A DNA stretch of 64,000 nt from Octopus sinensis (lineage: Eukaryota), in contig NW_021835233.1 in NCBI RefSeq assembly GCF_006345805.1, positions 62,001-126,000 of the forward strand. The letters are read 5' to 3'. The first letter of the stretch is position 1, and each line of letters begins with the position of its first letter. Positions 50,862 to 62,683 of the stretch are shown one piece after another. The notes below the pieces were generated by a model, which saw only the letters and a list, made by a program, of their open reading frames with translations, was not told the DNA's origin and did not search any database. The position numbers and the translations under genes were made by a program.

Positions 50862-50931
50862 ATAATGGTGTAGTGGTTAAGAGCGCAGGCTACTAACCTC
50901 AAGATTCCAAGTTTGATTCCAGGCAGTGACT

Positions 50932-50964
<33 letters not shown>

Positions 50965-51004
50965 TAATAATAATAATAATAAAATAATAATAATAATAAT
51001 AATA

Positions 51005-51051
<47 letters not shown>

Positions 51052-51227
51052 TGATGATGATAATAATAACAATAACATCGAAAAATACGTTAGGAATGAG
51101 AACCCAGGTTTGAAATTTCCCCAAGACACCTCATGAAAGCCGGAGGGTGTATCAGCCGAAATGCTGTGTTAACAACAAACAAGATGAGGACAAATGTCCG
51201 TCAGATGTAAATAATGTAAATAATGTA
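50862..51227 (+). mobile_element. tRNA-headed SINE family E with (AAT)n middle and hammerhead-like tail
   Basis: A-box TGGTGTAGTGG (50866-76), B-box AGTTTGATTCC (50910-20), (AAT)n, tail ending in (ATGTAAATA)2. Paralogous to 3972-4216. Confidence 0.72.
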
Positions 51228-52179
51228 CAAGAGTGCATATAATGATAACAGTGCCTCCCCACTGAATGAGATGCTAATCCATTGCAGGATTACTCATTTG
51301 CTGCTTAGACGACTGGAGCAACATGAAATAAAGTGTTTCATTCAAAAACACAACTCACCACCCAGTCAGGGAATTGAACTCACAATCTTGTGATCCCCTA
51401 ACCACTTTGCTACATGCCTCCACTGTATGTACATGGTGTACGTATTGATGCTGAATGTATACTGTTTACGATATTTACACTTAATTCTGGAATATTCTTC
51501 CTTCTTCTGTCTCCTTCCTCTACGTTTCCCACCTCATATCCAATACATTACATTTCACACTCTTGTCTTGGTTCTTCATTATAAATATCTGTTAATTAAC
51601 AGTATTTAGTCTGTCAGCTTTATGATATGAGATGTGAAATATAGTAAATAACGGAATTCAATTAAGCAGGTTGTTTTACGTTGCTGCTCTCTGTTTATTC
51701 TATCACACTAACTGTATCTATCTGACGAATTTGAAAACTTCTGGAAGTTTCTGAAGCCATATACAATTGTTTATACTAGAGACATTAAATTTAGCTTGTC
51801 ATTCATTGTCTAATTTTCCATGCTTGCATGATTTAGATGGAATTTGTTGAGGCAGATTTTCTATGGCTGGGTGCTCTTCCTGTCATCAACTCTTGCCTGT
51901 TTCCAAGCGAGGTGATATTTCTCCCCATGTTTTTTTTTTTACAGAAGGCTGGAAACAAAGAACGTCCCTTGGTGTATGGGTGATCTCATTTACAATCATT
52001 ACATGATGTCGAAACAAATGTACACACACAGACACTTTCAGACAGACAGATACACACACATGCACACGTACACACACACAAACACATATGTGCATGCACA
52101 CCCTCACATATAGATATATATCATCACCGTCATATAACGTCCGCTTGTGTATATATATTATCTTTATCTATATCTGTCT

Positions 52180-52192
52180 GTCTGTCTGTTTG

Positions 52193-52281
<89 letters not shown>

Positions 52282-52292
52282 GTCTGTCTGTA

Positions 52293-52355
<63 letters not shown>

Positions 52356-52372
52356 ATATATATATATATATA
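52180..52372. repeat. (TCTA)n tetranucleotide array
   Basis: Directly visible. Confidence 0.95.
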
Positions 52373-52486
52373 TACTTATATAGAATGGTGGCTTAACTGG
52401 CTGAAACTTCAAAGTCACTGTCAAAAATATTCTTGTTTAAGAATAAATATATACTTCTCTCTCTCTCTCACTCTCATATATATATA

Positions 52487-52709
52487 CTCTTTTACTCTTT
52501 TACTTGTTTCAGTCATTTGACTGCGGCCATGCTGGAGCACTGCCTTTAGTCGATCAAATCGACCCCGGGACTTATTCTTTGTAAGCCCAGTACTTATTCT
52601 ATCGGTCTCTTTTGCCAAACCACTAAGTGATGAGGACGTAAACACACCAGCATCGGTTGTCAAGCAATGCTAGGGGGACAAACACAGACACACAAACACA
52701 CACACACAC

Positions 52710-52749
<40 letters not shown>

Positions 52750-52912
52750 CGACAGGCTTCTTTCAGTTTCCGTCTACCAAATCCACTCACAAGGCATTGG
52801 TTGGCCCGGGGCTATAGCAGAAGACACTTGCCCAAGATGCCACGCAGTGGGACTGAACCCGCAACCATGTGGTTGGTTAGCAAGCTACTTACCACACAGC
52901 CACTCCTGTGCC
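52487..52912 (-). mobile_element. SINE family A, full length
   Basis: Reverse complement of 45756-46170. Confidence 0.9.
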
Positions 52913-53074
52913 TATATATGTATATGTACTTTTTGATATTTGTGTAGTAAGGCTGTTATTGGTTCCACGTTAAGGATAATCTCTATAATTATTTAGGCTA
53001 TTACATCGACCATCAGTTCTTGTCTCCATTTTAGATGAAAACACCAAAATGTGTGTGTGTATATATATACATTC

Positions 53075-53507
53075 GTATAATAAGGGATGACCACTAAGTG
53101 GACATCCAATATGCTAGAAGAAGATTACCTACGATCTAACCACAAAGAAAAGAATGTTCTCTAGAGAAATTCAACAAACACCAGAACATAAGCGGGTAAG
53201 ACAGATGAAAATATACAAAAATAAAGAATTAATCGTAGACCAGTTTCGTCATTAACAATTTTGCTTACGTAAGTAAAATCATTAATGGTGAACCGGTCTA
53301 CGAGTTTACTTACGTAAGTAAGATCATAAATGACGAAATTGGTCTACGATTAATTCTTTATCTTTGTATATTTTCATCTGTCTTACCTGCTTATGTTCTG
53401 GTGTTTGCTGAATTTCTCAAGAGAACTTTCTTTTCTTTGTGGTTAGATTGTAGGTGATCTTCTTCTAGCATATCGGATGTCCACTTAGTGGTCATCTCTT
53501 ATTATAC
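53075..53507. repeat. 433-bp foldback element with ~175-bp inverted arms
   Basis: gtataataagggatgaccactaagtggacatcc… mirrored by …ggatgtccacttagtggtcatctcttattatac. Confidence 0.88.
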
Positions 53508-54345
53508 ACATGTATTACAATTTTTCTGAATTTTCAAATTTTTCTATATGCTAGGCTACTGGCTTTAAATTGATGTTAATTAAATTAATATTCAATTTAT
53601 ATCCCACATTATTTAAATTTATATACAACGACCTCGAACCCACAAGAGTAAACAAGAGAGAGACAGAGACAAGCAGAAACAAGGAAAATGCCCCTTGTAT
53701 TTGAACACTATACAAATAGTCTTAAAAAAACCCTTTTCTTTTAATTTTTCCAGAATTTAATTGTTTTCCACACTTACAGTTGAAAAAGTCTCAATGACTG
53801 AAACTGGTACTCAAATGTTTTTTATAAAATTATTTTAGCATTTTCTATCTAGACTTTTTTTCCCATATATATATATATCATTATTGTTATCATCATCATT
53901 TAATCTCCGCTTTCCATGCTGGCATGGGTTTGACGGTTTGATTGGAACTGGTAAACCAGGGCTATAATAAAAGGCTTTCACCTGGAGTACCATGCTGTAG
54001 GACTGAACCCAGAGCCACGTGGTTTGGAAAGCAAACTTCTTAATCACACAGCCATGCTTGCAGCTGACGTATGATCACAGGAAATTATATTAAACAAATA
54101 TTTGACAATTTGGAAACTTCTGGAAGTTTCTGAAGCCATAAATGCCGTTGTTTATTCTGGAAACATTAGATGTGTTGGGAAAATTTCGTCAAAGAGGAAG
54201 ACATGGATTATACGAGAATTACACTTGTTTGCAGCTATTATACAATGCCAAGACAAGGAGATACAAACACGCATGCACATGTGTGTGCGTGTGTGTGTTT
54301 GTGTGTGTGTGTGTGTGTCTGTGTGCGTATGTTTGTGTGTGTGTG

Positions 54346-54378
<33 letters not shown>

Positions 54379-54399
54379 TGTGTGTGTGTATATACATTC

Positions 54400-54660
54400 A
54401 TGGGGTACGATGGGTAAATTGTTGCCATTTTGTATTCTTGATTTCACACATGCACATTGTTTTTGTTTTTGATTTTGTCGACTACACAGTATAGTAGGGT
54501 CTGTTGGGCACTGTCTGTGAGACAAATACAGCATTATGACGCAATTCACTCTGCCAGAAATTTGGAAACGATATACTGTACTGCTTGGCATTCGTGCCGG
54601 AAGCTCCAGTATGAACATTTCAGAGTGTTTGGGTGTCAATCTGAGGAAATTTACCAAATT
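54400..54660 (+). mobile_element. Tc1/mariner-like 5' remnant
   Basis: Short frame MTQFTLPEIWKRYTVLLGIRAGSSSMNISECLGVNLR resembles a transposase N-terminal HTH. Truncated by a SINE. Confidence 0.45.
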
Positions 54661-54869
54661 CTAAAAAAATCAAACATGGCCTAGTGATTAGAGCAGCGGA
54701 CTCGCAGTCAAGGGATCACAGGTTTGAATCTCAGACTGGGTGATGTGTGAGTTTATGAATGAATCACCTAAGCTCCACACGGCTCTGGCAGAAGGTAATG
54801 GTGAACTTCTGCTGACTCTTTTGCCACAACTTTCTCTCAGTCTTTTCTCCTGCATCTTGCAGTACCGCC

Positions 54870-55290
54870 TGACTGGCCCATGTGCCAGTGGCATGTAAAA
54901 GCACCCACTACACTCTCGGAGTGGTTGGCGTTAGGAAGGGCATCCAACTGTAGAAACTCTGCCAAATCAAGATTGAAGCCTGGTGCAGCCATCTGGTTCA
55001 CCAGTCCTCAGTCAAATCGTCCAACCCATGCTAGCATGGAAAGCGGCCGATGATGATGATGCTGGTGGCATTTAAAAAGCACCAACCGATCGTGGACGTT
55101 GCCAGCCTTGCTTGGCACGTAAAAAGCACCCACTACACTCACAGAGTGGTTGGCGTTAGGAAGGGCATCCAACTGTAGAAACACTGCCAGATCAGACTGG
55201 AGGCTGGCGCAGCCTCCTGGCTTCCCAAACCCCGGTCGAACTGTCCAACCCATGCTAGCATGGAAAACGGATGTTAAACGATGATGATGA
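54870..55290 (+). mobile_element. Two head-to-tail family C tails
   Basis: The conserved tail occurs twice. Confidence 0.8.
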
Positions 55291-56942
55291 TAATGATGGA
55301 TGCAGAAAGTCTAAATGAACACCATTAAGCATTTTGTCTGATGCTCTGCTCTGAATTTCTTTTCCGTAAAAATGAAATTTGATGTAATTTGTTATAAAAA
55401 AAGGTTGCCATATTTTATTAATTTCATTAAATTCTTTAGAAAGAATTGGCATTGTAAGAACCATTGTTAAGTGTTTCTGTTCACCCTTTAACTTACAGCC
55501 AGAAAGTTAAAATTTCGACCATAAAGAAGGCATGGTGATTGAGTAATCAGTTAAGCCGCTAATTTTGGTTAGTCCAATGTTTGGAAATGGTTCAAAATCT
55601 ATGTCTGATGCCTATCCGTCCTAGTTTGCTTAATTGGAAAGGTTTCCTCCTCCTCCACTTCACATTTTTCCAGATATAATTCTTCAATTCATAACATTGA
55701 TATTTCTCGGCTTCAAGAACATCGGCAATTGATATTTGATTGGTTTATCTGCCTCTCTGCAACTTGTTGTTTTGTTTGGCACAGGCTGAAGAACGTGATT
55801 TGGTTATTGGAATAAATCGTTATTCAGAGATTTGTTCAAGAAGCTGTACTCTATTTTTCAAATGTCTTCTGGGTGTTGCCTTTTGAATAACTTGCAGAAG
55901 ATGTAATTATATTTGCTTCTTTTACCTTTATAAGTGCACACAAATCACATTGTTCGTATAACTATCCAAAAATTCATTGGTTCTTTTTTCTAATCATGTG
56001 AAGAAGTGGCCATTCATTTAATAAAAAATATATATAGATGCATAAAACTAAAAACTAAAAAAAAAAAAAATCTCAAAAATAACATACAACACACACAAAA
56101 AAAAATTTAGTAATGAACCCAGCAAAATTGAAAAATATATTAGAAAGAAAGAAAAAAAAAAGAAAACAGCAAGCAATGTTAATTCTGAATACAATTTGAA
56201 TTAATCTATGGTTGTTGTTTGACTTTATTTAATTATTTTTATTTTTATTTTTTCTATAATGAAATGGAATTGTTTGTGAGGGGAAAACATATAACAACAA
56301 CAACAACAATAAAGAGAGAGAGAGAGGGAGGGGGAGGGAGAGAAAGAGAGAGAGAGAGATAAATTGAGAAGTAAAAGAGAAAAAAATGAAAACAAGAATT
56401 TATACCCTTAAGGTTTTTGATTGAGTTGAAATGAAAGCAGTAATTTTCTTGGCTGTGTCTCTGTTTCGTGACAACTTATCTCTCTATACTTGATGAGGAA
56501 TTTTACAAAGCAGCTTCTATCTTATCTTGATTATCTTTCAGCAGTGCAGAGTCACAAATAGCTACTAAAAATTCAGTATTTTCAGAAAAAAAAGCAAAAA
56601 AGTAAAAAAGATTTAAAAAAAAAAAAACAACAATCAAAAAAGCATTACTTCTAGTTAATCTCTCTGATTTCAATTTTGAAAACATGTCAGGAGTGCAAAA
56701 TAGTTGTGGAAAAATTCCCCCAGAAAACAAGAAAAAAAAATAAAACAAATAAAACAACAAAAAATAATAGAAGAAGACAAAAAATTAGAATAAACCAAAC
56801 CTTGGAGCAAATTTGAATTTGAATTAGTTTACCTCTTGTTGCTGAAAAGAATTACAAAATTTTTATATTTAATGATCAGTTTACTGTAATCTTTGATGGT
56901 GGCATAATTATACCGAAACGTCTTTGTATTATAAATGAACAG

Positions 56943-57335
56943 TCAGGAGTGGCTGTGTGGTAAGTAGCTTGCTTGCCAACCACGTGGTTCCGGGTTGAGT
57001 CCCACTGCGTGGCACCGTGGGCAAGTGTCTTCTACTATAGCCTCGGGCCAACCAAAGCCTTGTGAGTGGATTTGGTAGACGGAAACTGAAAGAAGCCCGT
57101 CGTATATATGTATATATGCACGTGTGTGTGTTTGTGTGTCTGTGTTTGTCCCCCTAGCATTGCTTGACAACCGATGCTGGTGTGTTTATGTCCCCATTAC
57201 TTAGCGGTTCGGCAAAAAGAGACCGATAGAATAAGTACTGGGCTTACAAAAGAATAAGTCCCGGGGTCGAGTTGCTCGATTAAAAAGGCGGTGCTCCAGC
57301 ATGGCCGCAGTCAAATGACTGAAACAAGTAATAGA
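56943..57335 (+). mobile_element. SINE family A, full length
   Basis: Family A architecture. Confidence 0.88.
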
Positions 57336-57714
57336 GTGAAGAGAAGAGTAGTATATCAGAGTAGATGACTGGATACAAATTGCCAATGCTATGGCCGGTA
57401 TGATGAGACACTAACAGGAAGCAGCCAACTGTGACGTGTATTGTCTATTACCTTTAACTAATGAGAAATTCATAGAACATCTGGATTTAAAAAAAAAATA
57501 ATTGCTTGGTTACTTTGATGGTGCTGGTGCCACGTAAGAAAGCATTGGTGTTGGTGCCATGTGTAAAGCATCCTGTATGCTCTGTAGAGTGGTTGGCATT
57601 AGGAAGGGCGTCCGTCTGTAGAAACCAGGCCAAAACAGATAATAGAACCTGGTGCATCTCCTGGTCTTGCCATCTCCTTCCAACCCATGCCGGCTTGGAA
57701 CACGGATGTTAAAT

Positions 57715-57961
57715 GATAATGATGACGACACTGAAGATGATGATGATGATGATGATGATGAGAGTGATGACAGACAGACACTGATGATGATGATGATGAT
57801 GATGATGAGAGTGATGACAGACAGACACTGATGATGCTGATGATGATGATGATGACAGACACTGATAATGATGATGATGATGATGATGCACTGATGAAGA
57901 GAATGATGACACTGATGATGATGATGATGACAGACACTGATAATGAAGAGGAGGATCATGG

Positions 57962-58019
<58 letters not shown>

Positions 58020-58166
58020 GAAGAGGATGATGACACTGATGATGATGATGATGATGACAGACACTGATAATGAAGAGGACGATGACACTGATGATGATGA
58101 TAATGATGACAGACACTGATGATGAAGAGGATGATAACGATGATGATGGTGATGATGGCGATGATG
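57715..58166. repeat. (GAT)n array punctuated by GACAGACACT motifs
   Basis: Directly visible compound repeat. Confidence 0.9.
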
Positions 58167-58904
58167 AATTACATCAGAAAGTTGTATGGTTTTTTTTCTG
58201 CTTCTTTTGACTGAAAGCTGTGTTTGTGATACTAGTTGTCACTAATAATAATTGTCTTTGTGATATTTACTGTGAAAACAATAGAATTATCCCATAAATT
58301 AATCCTCAAGAAAATATCCTTAAGGAGCTTATATATAAATATATCTGAAATATGTCTTCTCAGTTACAGCAGTGAAAGTCTTTCAATGTTCAAGTATATT
58401 ACAAGTGTCTTGAAAATAAATGCACACTGACTTATTTTAATCATGTCTACTTATTTTGCCTTGCATTAATTAAATCCAACTTGACAATGCTTTGCACACT
58501 CCAGCAAATTTATTATTGTTGTTTACATAAAAGAACTGCAGTTCACTGGGGAAAATGAACAAAAGATTTAGTGTCTGATGCTGATGATGTTTAACAACAC
58601 AGAAACACATGATACAATCCAATGACATTTTTCCTTCCCTAGCTTGGTGTCCTCTGACACATTTTTTATGAGGTGAATTTCTCTTCCAAGACAGTCCTAA
58701 CAACAAAGATCTTTCCGCATTTCTGTATACATAAATATCTTTACTACAAAGGTATATTTATTTTAATCATCTCTACTTAATGTGCCTTTAAATTGATTAA
58801 TTCTAGCTTGACAATGCTTTACACACACCAGCAAATTTATTATTTACTCCCTACATATAAAAATGGCAATTCTATTCTTGATGGGCTATGAATGACAGAT
58901 TTGG

Positions 58905-59620
58905 TACCTGTCGTCTACTATAGCCTCAGGCTGACTAAAGCCTTGTGAGTGGATTTGGTAGACAGAAACTGAAAGAAACCTGTCGTATATATATGTGTGT
59001 ATGTGTGTGTATGTTTGTGTGTGTATGTTTGTGTGTCTGTGTTTTTTCCCCCAACATCACTTGACAACTGATGCTAGAGTGTATACGTCCCCCGTAACTT
59101 AGCTGTTTGGCAAAAGAGACTGATAGAATAAGTACTCTTTTACTCTTTTACTTGTTTCAGTCACTTGACTGTGGCCATCTTGGAGCACCGCCTTTAGTCG
59201 AGCAAATCGACCCCCAGGTCTTATTCTTTGTAAGCCTAGTACTTATTCTATCGGTCTCTTTTGCCGAACTGCTAAGTTACGGGGATGTAAACACACCAGC
59301 ATCGGTTGTCAAGCGATGTTGGAGGTACAAACACAGACACACAAACACACACATACATATATATACACACGACGGGTTTCTTTCAGTTTCCGTCTACCAA
59401 ATCCACTGACAAGGTTTTGGTTGGCCCGAGGCTATAGTAGAAGACACTTACCCAAGGTGCCACGCAGTGGAACTGAACCAGGGACCATGTGGTTGGTAAG
59501 CAAGCTACTTACCACACAGCCACTCCTTTACAAAGAATAAGTCCTGTGGTTGATTTGCTTGACTGAAGGTGGTGCTCCAGCATGGCCACAGTCAAATGAC
59601 TGAAACAAGTAAAAAAAAAA
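58905..59620. mobile_element. Family A + copy split by an inverted full family A copy (59136-59526)
   Basis: The + copy breaks after …aataagtact and resumes at ttacaaagaataagtcc (about 59527). Confidence 0.8.
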
Positions 59621-59794
59621 AGTAAAGTATATGACACTCACCCCCACCCCTTCTTCCCCAACTGGTTACATCTGGGAATGTTCTTCTTTATAGGTCAACT
59701 GTATCAGACACAACCTAAGATTAGATGACAACAGCAAGAACAACCAGAATCTGAGGGACCTGTGTTTATTTACCATTTATTTATTTTTTTAGGG

Positions 59795-60265
<471 letters not shown>

Positions 60266-60267
60266 AT

Positions 60268-60795
60268 AAGCGAAATCGAAATCGAATTGAACCAGCCAGG
60301 ATCCCTGGTCTGGTGGTACGTAAAAAGCACTATCCGACTCGTGGCCGTGGCACGTAAAATACTCCAATGCGACCGTACGACAGGCACCCTTGCCAACCCC
60401 CTTTGCTTGTGAAGACATGTTGGGGCAAGCGAAATCGAAATCGAATTGAACCAGCCAGGATCCCTGGTCTGGTGGTACGTAAAAAGCACTATCCGACTCG
60501 TGGCCGATGCCAGCACCGCCTCGACTGGCTTCCGTGCCGGTGGCACATAAAATACACTAATCTGACCGTGGCCGTTGCCAGCCCCGCCTGGCACCTGTGC
60601 AGGTGGCACGTAAAAAGCACCCACTACACTCACGGAGTGGTTGGCGTTAGGAAGGGCATCCAGCTGTAGAAACATTGCCAAATTAGACTGGAGCCTGGTG
60701 CAGCCTTCTGGCTTCCCAGAACCCCGGTCGAACCGTCCAACCCATGCTAGCATGGAGAACGGACGTTAAACGACGATGATGATGATGATGATGAT
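60268..60795 (+). mobile_element. Family C copy with a 159-bp internal tandem duplication
   Basis: gcgaaatcgaaatcgaattgaaccagccaggatccc… at about 60270 and 60429. Confidence 0.8.
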
Positions 60796-60917
60796 ATATA
60801 TACATATATATATACATATATATATACATATATATATACATATATATATACATATATATATATATACATATATATACATATATATATACATATATATATA
60901 CATATATATATATACAT

Positions 60918-60973
<56 letters not shown>

Positions 60974-60978
60974 TACAC

Positions 60979-61012
<34 letters not shown>

Positions 61013-61278
61013 GTGTGTGTAATCTGTCTTTTGCAATGGCCACCAGCAATGTCAGAAGTATTTCATCTCATGACATTGTGAAAATTACCTTTTTACAAAT
61101 TTACCTCACAGCTATTGCACTCTTGATGTAAATTTCAATTTGTTTCACTCATGGTTCTTCCCTCTCTCTTTCTCTGTCTTTTGTATTTTCAATTGTACCT
61201 CACACTTATACTCACTGCACTAAAGGTAATAGTGTACCAAGTTATATATAGTCAAATGCGTGTAAACTCTCTCTTTCA

Positions 61279-61315
<37 letters not shown>

Positions 61316-61424
61316 ATCTCTCCATCTCTCTCTCTCCCTCTCCTATTGATTTCCGTTTGGTTTGATAATGTTCTCATTTTATTTAGAAAAGAAATTTCTT
61401 CTACTTATGCAAACATGAAAGTAA

Positions 61425-61865
61425 TTCACACACATACACACACACACAAACACAGACACACACACACACAGACACACACACACAAACACAGACACACACA
61501 CACAGACAGACACACACAAATACAGACACACACACACACAGACACACACACACAAATACAGACACACACACACAGACACACACACACAAATACAGACACA
61601 CACACACACAGACACACACACACAAACACAGACACACACACACACAGACACACACAAAAAACATACATGCACACACACACAAAAATGCCACCCCCACAAA
61701 AAAACGCACAAACACACAAAATGCACATGCACACACACACATACATGCACACACAAAAACGCACAGGGACACATCACAAAAATGTACACACATGCACACG
61801 CGTGCACACACACACAAACTAAAAACACACATGCACACACATACACACACACACACACACACATA
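61425..61865. repeat. (CA)n/(CACAGA) compound array
   Basis: Directly visible. Confidence 0.9.
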
Positions 61866-61969
61866 ACCATCCTTTCTTTATTTACTGTCTGGTCTAGTGG
61901 TTAGGGTGTTGCACTCACAATCATGAAATTGTGGTTTCAATGGAAATCGATCAATGGAAATTGCAGATG

Positions 61970-62295
61970 TGTTACCAGTGCCGGTGGCATGTAAGAGAAC
62001 TTTCCGTTTTGTGTCCGTTGCCAGCCTCGCCTGGCCCTCGTGCCGGTGGCATATAAAAAGCACCATCCGTTCGTGGCCGTTTGCCAGCTCTGTCTGGCAC
62101 CAGTGCGGGTGGCACGTAAAAAGCACCCACTACACTCACGGAGTGGTTGGCGTTAGGAAGGGCATCCAGCCGTAGAAACACTGCCAGATTTGACTGGGCC
62201 TGATGAAGCCTTCTGGCTTCACAGACCCCAGTAGAACCGTCCAACCCATGCTAGCATGGAAAACGGACGCTAAATGATGATGATGATGATGATGA
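61970..62295 (+). mobile_element. Family C copy
   Basis: Modules, conserved tail and (GAT)n. Confidence 0.8.
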
Positions 62296-62683
62296 ATTCC
62301 TGGGTCGAGCGGTGTGTTGTGCTCTTGAGCATAACACTTCATACCACATCACTCTGCAATCGCTTCGACTCCTGACATCCTCCTATTCACATAATGACTA
62401 TAAAGGCTGAAGTAATTCTGCCTCCAAGTCCGATGCACGCTTGTGTTTCGCTTATTTTTGTGTGTGTTTTACTACTTAAATGTCACCAACTGCCTACCCC
62501 GAGTAAATACTCATGGCACATGCCTGGTACATACGTACATACAAATATCACGAGTATCACAACTACAATTTCCGTTTGATTTTTATTTTGATGTTGATGT
62601 ACTTGACTCAGTAGGTCTCCTCAAGCACAGCGGGTCACTCTACGACCCAAAGTTAGCACATCAGGCCGTCCTGTGAGCTATGG

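Noticed and set aside
55480-55900. Exon-like segments on both strands in unique DNA
   Set aside because: Short frames with stops, no recognisable protein, and not the expected next IFT122 exon (IGKDR…FDPCC), which I could not find in the window.
56886-56925. TTGATGG-T-GGCATAATTATACC-GAAACGTC, a hammerhead-like remnant
   Set aside because: Two core mismatches and no helix I pairing, so too weak to call.
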